NCBI GenBank assembly: GCA_036172245.1
Contig: JAYWIR010000034.1
Coordinates: 1,364,001 to 1,428,000, forward strand
Direction: 5' to 3'
Origin: Raillietiella orientalis
Taxonomy: Eukaryota
DNA length: 64,000 bases
In this document: piece after piece, positions 34,850 to 47,520 of the stretch
Position numbering within the stretch: the first letter of the stretch is position 1
Layout: each line of letters opens with the position of its first letter
Notes under the pieces: model-generated
What the model was told of the DNA's origin: nothing
The model's database searches: none
The model's input: only the letters and a program-made list of their open reading frames with translations
Made by a program: the position numbers and the translations under genes

Positions 34850-36850
34850 GATGAAGGGACGTGCGGCGTCCGCTGGTATCATCTCGAAGATCTCAGAAGA
34901 GGGTCTGTAGCGCAAGGGGATGAGGGAAGAAGCGAGAGGAAGGGACTAGGGAGAGCTCACCTCTCGGATGCTTTCCCTACCCCTGACCTGCCCCAGAAGC
35001 CGTCCGTCGCCCCTTGGACCGAAGGTCTTCTTTGTGCTCTCGCCATCTGCTGCATTCCTCCGGAACCGAAGTCATCGAGGATCGCGCATCTCGACAGGGT
35101 CTGGATTGCACGCCTCAGAGGAGAGATGCGAGAGCGACACGAAGGATGGTCTCCTGAACTCACCCTCCATGACTAGTGGCGATCCCAGAGGGTTGCCATG
35201 GTGACGGCAGCGGAGAAAATCCAGGAGAGGGGGACCTTTTGAAAATATGAACTCATGAGGAGGGCTTCTGGCAGATTCTCGGAGCTTGTGAACTGATTTC
35301 TCGCCTCCCTTGATATTTATGCCTCTCGTGGCAACCCTGTGCTTGATACTCCGTCAAGAGGCGGCTCAGGCATTAGGGAATAGCCTTCAAGAACTGGCTG
35401 GAAGCTTGGGAAGAAGGAATAACTTTTGCTTCGGAGGATACCAGTTTCGTGGCTCACCCGGAGTGCCTTTTCGCGCTTCGGGGATGAAGATCTGAGGTCC
35501 ATTCAGCCCTTCCCCTACTTTTTTTCGAACGCTTTGCGAGAGCAGCGCCCTCTTTTCTCTCCTTCCTCTTTGTGCTTGGGATTGCATTGGTTGAGCGAGC
35601 GTGTTATGACAGGCAGAGGTTGCCGCATGTGGCGAAACCAAGGAGCTCGAAACTCCAGAGTTCGGAGCATTCTTCGTCCGGGAACTTTCGTTCTAAATGA
35701 TAGAATGTGTCACCTACGAATAATGCCAGTGGCTGCAAGAAGCGGGGCGGCCAAGTGCTCAGAAGTGCTATGGAAAGCGGAGGCAGCCGGAATCCGAGAG
35801 CTTTCTCGGGAGCAGCGGCGGATACTGATTCATTGGGGATGGGGATGAGGAATTCCGAGCTGGCCTACCCCTGGAGTACCATCCCACTCCGCGCTCCAGA
35901 GGAAAGAAACCCAGTTCTTTTCGAAAGTGCTTTCCTTGTGAAGGGACGTTGAATGAGCAGGGAAAGGGAAGAAAAGGAGAAAAGAGACAAAAAAAAGAAA
36001 AGGAGGACGAAGAAAGTCAGCATTACTCCCTTGAGTGTTCCATGATACCGTTTGCTGCTTGCGTCCTCTCTATTCTTCAATGATGGCAACCAAGAATTAA
36101 GATGGAATTCTCTCTGGGGAGAAAGAGGAAGAGGGAAAATGTTCCATTTCTTTTCTATTGTTGGCAAAAGAGACAGAAATTCGAATGAGAGGCCGCCTCG
36201 CTCTTCTCGTACTCGCTTTCGACACCATAATTCGGTCGCAACTCCTTCCCTTCCTGCGAAAAGGCTCCCATTCGATCCTTGGCAGGTCATTCACCGCCGG
36301 AATCCATGAGGAAAGAAGCCAGAAGTTGAACGATGGGGATAGGGAGGGAATCTGCCAAGAGCTGCCTGCTCCTCTGGTCACTTGGCCCGAAGGGCTTGGG
36401 AGAGTCCCGAAAGTTCTCCTCAATAGGTTCACGGAAGCGTCCTTGCCACTCTCGGGCTCTCGCGCGCGAGCCTCTGCCTGCGACAGTAAAATTCACCAGG
36501 GGTCTCACGTATTCGATCTCATCACGAGATCGTGTCTTCTTGCTGGACCACGGTTTCATCCGATTTATTTGCCACGATTTCATTTCTTCAAGCAGAAACG
36601 GACCGTCGCCTTTTTTTTCTTTTCCTTTCTTGGAAATCGTCGAGAAATCGTGCAAAAGGAAGAAAGACGAAGAAGAAAAAAAGAGGCGCGCCCCGGCGTG
36701 TCTCCGTAAAAGCTGTCTGAAAGTCGCCTCCATCGCTTTCCTGTTTGAGCTGTTGAGGGAACAGTGAGCAAAAAGAGGAACCGGAAGCGAGCTGTTCCAT
36801 TGCTTCCGCATTTTGATCCACAGGGAAGGCCAGAGCATCGGGACTAGATG
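34850..36850 (+). mobile_element. Ty3/gypsy pol relic (RT-RNase H-integrase)
   Basis: LSDAFPTP; LGPKVFFVLSPSAAF; GLLNSPS; LASLDIYAS; FCFG; TNNAS...GQVL...PRAFS; RELSREQRR; ELAYPW; PFDPWQVIH; LNRFT; AGPRF. Confidence 0.72.
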
Positions 36851-36899
36851 AGAACGAAACCGTCTGTCCCGCTACCTCCCGCGGCAGTTCTACCTCGAA

Positions 36900-38900
36900 G
36901 CCGACCGGATCCCCATGTTCCTGGCATTTCTGGTTCCCGAACACCTCCTGCTCCAGAGAGATTTCTCGCCTGCTTATCAGAGAGCGCAAACTCTTTCTCG
37001 AGTCTTTGGCAGACTCTGTCCGTGGGTGTCGAACCTCCCGAAGAGCTCTCGGATCTTCCCGAGGACGGTGCTGACGTTGGCTGGGAGAGGAAGAAGGAAT
37101 AGAACGCCTCGTTCTCGGGAAGCCAAGAGGCTATGGCCACCTGGTGAGAGGATCGCTTCTCGGCCTTCTGGCTAAGATCAAAGTGGAGGGAGGACTGGTG
37201 AACCCTCTGTGCACTCAACTCTACCCTCTTCTCTCCTCCCGTTCACACGGCCCGACATCCATCCTGCATCCAAAGCTCGGAGGCGGAGGAGCATGATCGC
37301 ACATGTCCGAGGATTGCCTTCTCCTAGTAGGGCAAGTGATGTGCGACCTTCTTCCCTACGCCTCTCAAATCGAGTCTAATGGAGCCGAGGAAGAGAAGAG
37401 GGATGCGCAGCAGGAGCAGCTCGAGGTCATACCATTGTGGCATCCAGCGAGCTCATGGAAGGCGGTTTGCACGCTAGGTCGGCCAGCCGCGATGGGTTGG
37501 GGGTAGCTAAGCTGCCGCCGCTTAAGGGGGTGTTCGCCTTCTCTGCACAAGCTGCTAAGTCGGCGGAGAGTTTCCAGGAGGCACTCAACCCGTGACGTCA
37601 CTTACAGCGTCCAGCACAGCAATCGCACAGGAGAGGCGACTGCTGCAGAACTCAGAAGATCGCAGCCAGAAATGCTCCTTCCCTCCTGCATTCTTGAGTT
37701 TCCTGCCCATCGCGGCACTGACCTGGCGCTGCCGGTCCAAATGCTCGCACCTCTGAGCGATCCCAGCGGGAGATCCTCAATCGGTCTGCCCGCCAGTCTG
37801 GAAGGGATAGCAGTTTTGCTCCCGGCTATCGGGTAGAGCTTGCGAGGAAGGTCAACGCGCTTGTCTGAGGATCCTCCTTCCAGCCTTCCCCTTCGTCAGA
37901 GTGAAGAGACCGCCGTAGCAGCCAAAAGCCCTTTGGGCGCTGATCGCGACCGGTTCATCCCTCTGTCAGAGAGATGGGTTCCAGGGAACCCTGAAGCGGA
38001 AGAACCCAGGGGATGTACTTCCGGTGTAGTAACCCTTCATTTTCATGGGATCCAGGGGTAATCGTAGGGCCGTGCTCTGCGGCCGCTACCCTCAGGAGCT
38101 AGCCGGTTACAAGAGCCTAGGAGGCTTACATCTCAGGTACCCTAGAAATGAGGAGACGGCAGAGACGCCTCTGTGTTTCCCACTCTTCCATCTCTGGAGG
38201 AAGCCTAGGCGGAGAGGACTTCTCTTCTCCGTCTCTGCTCTTCCCTTCTAAGTGCACTTGTGAAAGCTCTCGTACCCCTCCCATACTTGCTAACACCTTT
38301 CAGACGAATGTGGAAGCTCAGGATTCCCTCTGAAGGTGCTGTAGAAATGATCTTCGAGAGTCTTTGTTGAGGATCAGAGATCACGGGCACGGGGCATCGG
38401 TTAAAGGGCAGAACAGACTTGCCTTCCTAAGAGGGGAGAGCCTTTGCATCTGTGGCTTGCCTTGTAATTCTCACCTTGCTGCTCACCACCGGAGATGTTT
38501 CTCCCCGGCTGACTCCATTTTCTCCGTTCTTCTTCCCTTTTGGATCCCTGAATTTTTTTCTTTGTGTGCGTTCTTTATACGCGACGCACCCATGTTAGAT
38601 TCCTCATTTCTGAAGAACAGGGGATTCAGATTCCCCATACCGAATCTCCTACTCTAAAGGGCCCAGAGGTCCATCTCGAGGCTCCTTTCACTTCCCTATC
38701 CTTTTTTTCTCAACTCCCTCTCAGAGCCCGCCATCCCTCGCGACTCTAGAAAACCCAGAGCGTGGTTCTAGCCAGAGACCGATGGCCATCTGAAACCTCA
38801 CCGGTGAGGTGGTTTCCACCGCAGACGGGATGCCCTCTAGAAGGGAAAGGAGGGAAATGAGGAGTGGGGAACTCCTACCCGCAGATGACGGCATGCATGG
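36900..38900 (-). mobile_element. Ty3/gypsy pol relic (RT-RNase H-integrase), convergent with the preceding element
   Basis: MAIGL; CVAY; YKASHRC..LLGRQV; ISDPQQRL; T*DVSLLG...RPYDY; DQRPKGFWLL; PGAK..ADRL; FHELAGCHNG...TCP; RMDVGP; DPLTRWP. Confidence 0.65.
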
Positions 38901-39459
38901 CATCTTTTAACGCGGCCCGCGGTGGCGCTGGGTGCAGGAATGCTGCTGTGGCGCCGAGTGGCAAAAGAAAGGGTTCTTCCATTCACTTCCTTCTGGCTAG
39001 AGGGAAGAGGGAAGAAAATACGGAGGAATGTTTGTCACGCAGGGGCTGGTGCAGCGAGGGTGGTTGCCGCCTCTGAACTGGACAATGGGTAGGAGATTCC
39101 AGCTTTTCTGGCATTCACACCACTTTCCGGATGAGGCTGCAGGCTACAGAGGCTCAAAGGGGACACGAAAAAGGAGAAAATTCTCAAATTCAGGTCCTTC
39201 TGGGAAACCTCGAGTGATCTCGATCTTGTGCTCCCTCCCCTCTTTCTCTGCTCTCAGGGCACATTTTCGGAGAGGAGTGGATGGAGACGGGAATTTAGGA
39301 GATGGAAGCTGGGAACAACAGAGGCAAGGAGGCAAGTCCATGCCTCCTACTTCTCAGAAGGGTCTGCTGTCTCGCCTATCTACTCCCTATCCTTGAGGTG
39401 AAGAGGGGAACAGAAGGCAGAAGGTAGGAAGTGTGCTGTTTCCAGGTCTCATCCGTTCT

Positions 39460-42040
39460 TGAATTGTATTCCTTCGAAAGAGAACGGCATTCTGCTTCTT
39501 ATTCAGACATTTAAGGTAGGTCAAAATGGGTCAGATGAACTTCCGGTCTCAAAGAATCACATAGAAGACCCTTTGTTGCTGCTGACCTTCATCTATGTCG
39601 GCCTCTGCTCCTCTCGATCTAGCCCTCTGCCGTCATGGCACGTTTCCAGGTCTGTTCTTATGGCTGTGTGGATTTTCCGTCCCTTCAGATGCTTCGGTCT
39701 GAGCCTGGAGGACGTGAGCTTTCCGATTGTCGTTAAGGGTAGAGAAAGCAGGACAGGAGGAGAGCCCAGAAGCGATGAACTCCCGCTCCCGCCCTCATTC
39801 TTATGTTCGCCGTGCTATCCGGTCTCAAGCAAATGGAATTCACGTGGGGATGGGGGGTACGAAGGGAGAATCTAGTTTGGGAGTTCCTCTTGACGAAGAC
39901 CCTCTCTCTGAGCCCAGAAACAGAGGGACAGCTTGGGGGAGCTTCTTTCCCAAGACCTCCCCTTTACTCCCATCTCTTCTGCTTGTCTCCCGCTATCCCC
40001 CTCCTCCAGGAACACGGCTCATCAGCCTTCCTCGGAATCCTGAAGGAAAATCGAGAGAGCATTTCTTCCTAGTCTCCCCTTCCAGGCAGCTGATGCTCTT
40101 CCCATGACCCGGAAAGGTTTTGCTGCAGAAATGCTTGCGTTTCTGGACCGCTCTGGAAGATGCCGCAGGAAGACTCTCTCTATTTTGGTCCGAATCCATC
40201 GTCATACAGTGGGAAGAGGAGGATTCACGGACAGACATCCCGCGAAATAAGGACGTCCTTTCCCTCCTTTCCCAGAAATCGGAGGGAGGAAGGCGAAAGA
40301 ATGGAGAACGAGGACTCATTCCAGTAAAAATGAGGAAGGGAAAGAATGGTTACCCTAAGCAGGGGCAGGAGCAGCAGTTGCGTCTTCCGTGGAGCTCGAA
40401 GAAACGAGCGACCGAACGAGAGGAGGAGGAAGGGAAGCGGTCGCTAAACCAAAAACGTGCTCAAAGCCGTTTCCTAGACGATGGAGTCCGACAGACCTGT
40501 CCCTGCCGCCGCACCTAACCTTGCACCTTCCATGCCCCCGACGATAGACTCACCTGGAAAGGGAGCACTGTGGTCTTCCAGGTCCGCCTGTTCCAGTTGC
40601 AGTGCCCTTCCTTCTGTCCCTCCTTTCGTCCAGCTTTAGGGCCGATTCCACTCTCCTTCGCGGTGTCTCTACCCGCCTCTCCTTCATGTGTAATCCCGAG
40701 GTTCTGAGGCCACACCAAATTCCTCCCTGTTCTCAAAAACCGGGACCTCTCCAGCCGGACGCGCTCTCCACTTCCGGTTGCTCTCTTCCTGATGTTTTGA
40801 AGATCTTTCTTCCCAAGATGTTAGCTCATCCTCTCCTTCCTTCCTCCTGCCTACTTCCTGCGGAGCCTATCGTTACATATTGCCCACTGAGATTTTCGAG
40901 AACTTCACCCAGGTTGCCGTGCATCTGCCCATCCTGATGACTGTCGCGTTCCCAAGAGGCCTTTCCTCTAACCCCCTTCCTTCTCTCAGAATCCACCTTG
41001 ACGTCTGATCTATCATAAGGGAGACCGAAAGTCAGGGACTAAGCGAGAATCATTTCGACTTCTCTCGTGGACATGGGGTCCTTCTTTCGTCTGAAGAGCT
41101 CTTCAGTTGCCCTTGTATGACCCCTTCCTGGAGTCGCCAGTTCTGCCGTTGCCGTCATCAATTCTCGCTTTTTTCTGAGCAGTAGATTCTGCCCGGTTGA
41201 AGGAGACCTCCTAAATACCCACAGGAAATGACCACTCTGGGTCATGCTCCATCGGTTCCTTTTCTCCTGCCCCCTCCTCGAAGCTCGTCGGGAGAAGGAG
41301 TGGGAAGGGGCCCCATCCACTCAGGAGTCCCAGATCCAGCGGAAGGGATCGGATGGCGGCACTTCGTCTGGCTGGCGCTGCATTTGCCTTGGGTGCCAAG
41401 GTATGCCTGCCACACAGATCGCAGGAGAAGGCGGAAGGAGGTTAAAAAGCAGCGTGGCCCATCCTTCTTTTTCTTTTGTGGACTCCGCTTGCAGAGTGGT
41501 CCGGGACGGAGTCCTGACTTCCCTTCGGCTCCCAGGAGCTTCCCCCTCCCGGTGCCTGCCAGTGGCAGAGAACGAAGTCGTTCGTAACGGAGCCGCCGTC
41601 TTCCTGCTGGGAACAGATGAAGGAAATGCCCGTCCGGGACGCGGAGATGGCGCATGCCTCCACGTGTGCGGCACGGTCGGACGCCGCCCGAGAACAATCG
41701 TTCCGGAAAGAAGCCCCACGGGAACGAGTTCAGGAAGAATGGAGAGGAACAGGTCTCTGGGGATCCCTTATTTATTCCCGGACGTCTCTCTCCGGTGTCA
41801 AAGGCTCTTTCGCGCCTCGTTGAACCTCCAGGAGAGAGCTCGTACTCCGTAAAGTACAGACAGATACGGACTGCGGGTGTCTCTGGCGTCTGCATAGAAA
41901 CATTGTGCTGCCGCTCGCAGGATGGCCGACTCTCCAGGGCTGGGGGAAAGGAATCGCTCCCCTCCTCTATCCTCCCTTTGCCAGATTCCTGCCAGACAGC
42001 CTCTCATCCCGTCTCTCGGACGCGATCTTGCCTTCCCACG
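39460..42040 (+). mobile_element. Ty3/gypsy pol relic (RT-RNase H-integrase)
   Basis: PSKENG; CFGLS; MFAVLSGL; PLDED; AAGRLSL...IQWEEE; WSSKK; KPGPLQPDALS; RHFV/CLGCQ; GRRPRTIVPERSPTGTS...SLGI; LGRDLAFP. Confidence 0.68.
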
Positions 42041-43299
42041 AGAGAAAACAAGATGGAAAGGTCAGAGGAAAGGCAAACGACTGATCCTAAGATTCTGGGG
42101 AGGATACCCTCTCGGGCCACAGAACTCACTTATCTCAGAACACATCCTACCGGTCCACCGCTTCCCGGAATGCATGAAAAGGGGGGGGGAGAGAGAAAGA
42201 GGCAACGCAGTGGGAATCTTAAGAGCACACACGAAGGAGGTCCGTAAAGCTGAGAAGGATAATCCTGGGGAGGGAACATTTGCGCCTTTCCATGTCTTTG
42301 TTCCATAAAGGAATCCAGGAGCAAGAGGAGATTCCCTGCTCCTGGAGCGTCCCGGAGCACCGGTTTCCTCCCTCGAGCCACATCATGCTCCTCTTTGGCC
42401 TTGCGGATTCCTTGGGACCTTGGGAAAACCACAGAGAGATCCATGAACGCGAAGGAATGTGACGCTTTCCGGGATGTGAATGTGACCTCTCCCTTGCGGA
42501 ACCGTGCGCTCCCATGAGATGCCAGGAATAGAGGTGCCCCACGAGCTCCAGAGTAAAATCTGACCATGATGACTGTAAGATCTAAAGGGACCCTCTTTCT
42601 GAAGGAGATGGTGAGGAGCTTCCGTTGGTCCTTCCAGCCGCAGGATCCTACACTTTGATCTTAGCCAAAAGGTCGAGAAGCGATCACGGAAAGCGAAACA
42701 ACCGAAGGCAGGAGATGGGAGGAAGAAGAGCGTGTGGAGAACGAAAGGAGGACGGAAGGTACAAAAGAAGTTGCAGCAAAGGACTCTCCGGTCAAGCAAA
42801 GATACTGGGCACTTCCTCAGGACGGAAGCTTTTCCCGCCCTTCATCACCTTTCCGTCGATCAACCAAATCAAATTGGAATCGGTCGAGAAGGAAACCGAG
42901 CTGGAGGAGAAAGGGCACCAAACGGGGGGTATCTTGCAGGAATACAAGGCACCTTTCTAGGAGCACTCCCGGGAAAGAAAATGCTTCTCCAGTTTTTACA
43001 AGGAGCATTTTTCAGGAGAGCATCCCTTCCTGAACAGGGGTCAGTCGGTCCCTCACTAGAAAAACTGTGCCCTCCTCTACTCCCTTCCTTTTCCTGCGAT
43101 TCCTTTTCTACCTACGGGAGGAATGCGCGTCCTGGGAATGGTCCAGAATGCAGCAGCTGCAACAGAAATGTCCCCTAACTTACCTTTTTTGATAGGGGCC
43201 GGTTCTACGCAGAAGAGGGGGAAGGATGGAAGTTTTAAGGAGATGCTGTTATCCGCCCCTCCCTCCCCCCGGTTCTTCCTCTTCCCTTACTCTGTCCAC

Positions 43300-43780
43300 C
43301 CATCCCAACCCTTGCGTTCCCTTACCGAAACGGATGGGAAAAGTGAGCGCTCCTTTTGAGGGAAGGGGGCAGCACGGCCAGATGGATGCACAAATTCCTG
43401 GTGAACACTATCGTGACGCTCAGCAGCTGGCCTAAGATTGTCGTCGTGCTCTGCAGGGGACGCTCCTGTAGAGTAGGGAGGAAGGCGGCATACGAAGAGA
43501 CCACGCAAAGAGGAATGCAGGTGTGAAGCAGACTTTTCTGAACATCCAGAGAAAGTAGAGGGAGGCTTCGTTAGTAGAAGCCATCTCTTTGGCCTCTGAA
43601 CCGGATCGTTCCATTTTTCTTCTCCAAGAGTGGAGGGAACAACGGGATGACGGGACCGAGCGACTCAGCCCGTCTACGCGCGGGTGTCCTGCGATGGGAA
43701 TCGTCACCAATCTGCTTCCGCCTCCCTGATGTCCCCAATGTAGGAAGAGAATTACTCACCATGCAAAGGACGGAAGGGAG
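43300..43780 (-). mobile_element. Ty3/gypsy RT N-terminal fragment
   Basis: RKQI...PLLEKKNGTIRF (V.KKDG..RFC). Confidence 0.5.
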
Positions 43781-43959
43781 GGACCTAAGGGAGATCCACT
43801 CTCTTGAGCACTCCACAGGAAGTCGGTCGAAGTGATTCTTTCAATCCCGTGGAGGACGATTCGCGGATCCCTTTCCGTTCTGCACTCCTCCTTCGTTGCC
43901 TACCTCCCGGACCTCGGAACTTTCCTCGGATTCCTCCCCTCTCCCCTCCACATCCTTTC

Positions 43960-44540
43960 CCTTTTGCTTCCCGCTCCCCAAACATATGGGAAGCCCATGA
44001 GCTAGCCGGAATGCAGGACAAGTGTGTGAGTTAATTCCCTGAACACCGCAAGTCAAGGGTCCCGAAGTCTCCCTGGAGTTCTCATGTGTAACTCCATCCC
44101 TGAAGAGCCGAGGCAGGTCACACTGACCTGACTCTCCTCAGCCCCATGAAAACACCGAGGTTATTTACCTGACTTCTTGAACTGCCGCTCTCCAGGTCCT
44201 GTGGCAGCATCGCAGCCATCAGCGAAACGAAGGTCCTACTAAACTTTTTCGCACCCTCTCCCTTTTTCTTCCCACTCCTTGATGAGCCCTGGATGTTCAG
44301 AGGAGGTCCCTCGTCTGACTTGGCTGGTCCGAGGTAGCCCATGATACACTAAAAGCGGGATACAGATCCGTGACTTTGAGGAGAGATTGTCAGAAGCGCG
44401 CTCCCAGATGCACACCATGAAATTAGGAGATTCCCACTGCACCGGGAATATGCCAAGGGAAGTTCTTCCTACTGGAGGAAGAAGAAAGAGTGAAATGGTC
44501 CTCCGACAGAAGTAGCTCGGATCGGCTGGACTACTCGCCT
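43960..44540 (-). mobile_element. Ty3/gypsy integrase core relic
   Basis: VYHGLPRT/KSDEGP, AAMLPQ...VNNL...LRR, GINSH, MFGERE. Confidence 0.55.
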
Positions 44541-44849
44541 TCATAAGAACACCGAATTTCTTGGGATGATTAGAGAGCGATCCTTAGAGCGAAGGGACGG
44601 TGTGACGTCCTCCTAAAGGCCGCCCTGTTCTTTCTCACCTCCATTCTTCCTTGACTTCCTAAAGTTTCTCCATTCTCCTGGCGATTCTTAAAACGCAACG
44701 AGAGGGGAGGAGGAAATATGCTTGTGTTGGCCCGTTCCTCCGGGAAACGTCCTTGAGGATGGCTCCGTTCTCGTCGCGTGAACGGCAAGATGAAGTTTTC
44801 TTCCCAGAAGTTGGTGGTGTTGGTTGTCGTGAGAGAAGCAGAGAGGTCG

Positions 44850-45145
44850 GACTTGGGTCGCTTTCCCTCCTCACTCCTCCTCCCTTCGCTTTCCTCTCCG
44901 ATCGTCATCAGCGAGGAAGACCAAGCGTCCTCTGGTCCTTATCGTCACCCTTTTCTTCCCTTTGACCGGCTACCTGAAAGGATCGGAGCAGTCGACTCTC
45001 GGCTGAGGAAGCGGCTCACAGGAGTTCTTAAACAACAAGAGAGCAGAGAACTCTGGGGCAGCCCCTGCGCCCCAGTGGGCGTGGGTCTGTTTCTCCGGCC
45101 TCGAGAGTAATCTTCCGACCCGGGTTCTGGACCGTTCGTTTTTTT
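44850..45145 (+). mobile_element. Ty3/gypsy RT N-terminal fragment
   Basis: GPYRHP...GVLKQQES..WGSPCAPV...TVRF; ends at a T-run near 45140-45155. Confidence 0.6.
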
Positions 45146-45229
45146 TTTTTTTTTTCCACAGAGCGCGCCGCCTTCCCTCCCGCCCCTATAGCACCTTCAT
45201 CCACACCCAAAATCCTACACGAGCCTCCC

Positions 45230-45450
45230 AGCTTCCCACTGCAGCGGCTGCTCTCACGTGAGTCGCATCCCTCATCATCTTTCTCTGCCTCAACCGATGC
45301 TCTCGCATTCGTTGCCGTTGGCGACCCTACACGTTCACCTCGCCACGCGACGGAGGGCCTTACAAGGGAGGCATGAACATCCTCTTCAGCCTCGAAGCTT
45401 CCAGGTGGCGCACATCTCCACAAGATCTCTTCTTCCTCGTCCGCTTACTC
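45230..45450 (-). mobile_element. Possible retrotransposon Gag fragment
   Basis: ATW/RLKRMF and HRLRQRK resemble TW..LK..F and LRQ of retrotransposon Gag. Weak match. Confidence 0.3.
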
Positions 45451-47049
45451 TGCCCTCCGCCACGGGAGATTCACCCTCATATTCTCCCTCTTCCCTCGAC
45501 CTGAAGGGACGCCTCCCCTTTTACTCAAGACCAAGAGCTTCCGTTCTTTCAACCCTTCACCAACTTGTGCTTTCAAATGTGGGTCGTGGTCCAGGAAAAT
45601 TCCTATTCGGCAGGTGGATGACGAGATGTCCCCGACTGGGAATTCAACCGAGCCCTGCCCCCTTTCCCGTCATCGTCCCACGTGCGACCTGACGCCGACC
45701 CCCCTTCTCGGAATCTCGTCCTTACTTCGACCTCTTCCCCTTCCGGGTCTGTGCCTCCCTTTCCCATCTGGAGGGAAGTCTTTCCTTCCCTATCCTCTTC
45801 CCGTCGAAGAACGTCCTTCGCTTCGCAGCCGTCGCTTACGTGTGAATGAGTCATACGCACGCTGTGTGAAATGCGTGCCACATCTGTGATCCGCGTGGGG
45901 GTCTCGTGCGCTACGCGCACGTGCGCGGGTGATCCTGCGGTCCACATGACACGTGCTGCGGATTCGAACAGGTACTGTGCAACGAAACGCAGTCCGCGGC
46001 AGCGGCAAGCGCTCGTGCATCACACGCACATGCACATCCTTTCATGCCAACGAAAGACCACGGAGACGAGAGGGCGGGCGTAGTCTGAAGATGAATCTCT
46101 CCATGTGGCTCCTGACCCCGCGTTTCCACGGTAGGATCGGATCGCCAGGAAGGTTCGCTTATTGAGGGAAGAGCATCAAATTTGGGAGGGAGCTATCAAT
46201 GCGCGTGTAATCCGCCGTCACCATGGACACGTGCGCCTTCCAGTCTCCGTTTCCATTAACTGTCTCCCTCCCCCTCGCTTCTGGCTGAATCTGTCCCTCC
46301 TATTCCCTTCTCCTTCCCGCTCCCTTCTTTCGTATCTGCCCTTATTTTAAATAAATTGCAGGAATATTACTTAATAAAGGGGACTTTCGTTCGGGTCTCT
46401 AAATCAAAAGGGCTGCTCCGAAGACATGCTGTTCTGGAAACATGACCTGGATGCGGAATGTTCTCTCCCTAATTAATTCTCGATCCCCGAGTTGCTGGTC
46501 CTCCTCGAATTCCTCGCATGCATAAACGAAGCCTTCGGGTCACGAGGACCGGCTCAGCGGCGAGACGGGGCGCGCAGGGCTTCGTGCGTCGGGGACGCAC
46601 GAGAAAACGGATGAGATGCGGCGCGGACTCGTGTTAGAGCTGTCGGAGATTTCTGCCCCGTAGCTCGCCTCCAAGAGAACAAAACAAAAACAAAAACATC
46701 CTAGAGCTCGCGCGCCCTCTCGGCCCAATTTCAGGGGGAGAGCGAACTTCATCCATAAATCCTTTCTCGTGCGACCCAAACGTGTCCAGCTCAACCCCTG
46801 ATCCTCCTGTCCCAGTTTCCTTCTCAGACCTCCCCCCTCCTTGTTCTTCCTTTTTCTTTTTCTTTTTCATGACGAATGCCGTCTCATTCGTAATTCTTTG
46901 GGAAGTGCATTCGCCGGATTCCCCCCTGCTCTTCCAGATCCTCTGGAATTCGTTTGTATGCTAATCGCGACTGAAGTTCAGGTAGGCGCGCGTACGCCAC
47001 CTCGGTCTCGCAGTCACTCCTATCTGAATATCCCAGGATCAAATTCCCG

Positions 47050-47520
47050 ATGTCCTTTGTTCAACTTCCGGAGGAGAGGTCCTTCCTTCAGTCTGATGCG
47101 TCGGTTCGCCTCCACCCCCGCTTCGCAGGAGATCGCCTGCTCTGGAAAGGGGAGTCTTGGAGAAGAGTGCCCCAAGACTCCTCTTTCATGCTCGTCTTAG
47201 TGCTTTATAGGATGAGGAAAAGCAGCAGCAAGGATTCTCTCTCTCATACACCACTAGTCCATCCCTTGTTCCCTTCTCAAGAAACGCAGGCAACGGCAGA
47301 GACTTCCTGGAAGTTCCCAAAGGCGTTAGCACGTTCTCCCTGAAATCTTCCCGCTCTCTTCGCTAGGATCGCTCTTTTCAAGGAAGGATTGGCGGCCTCC
47401 GGGAGACTGTTGTTGTTTTTGGCAGCACCTGAGAAACCGGCCTTTGGGGAACCACATGCTCCCTACAGAAGAGATGGTTCCAGAGGTTCGCTGCTGCTCC
47501 TGCCAACAAAAATCCCGCCT
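47050..47520 (+). mobile_element. Ty3/gypsy pol fragment (integrase zinc domain and/or RNase H start)
   Basis: FLQSDAS; LLWKGESWRRVPQDSS...; VRCCSCQQK. Confidence 0.4.
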
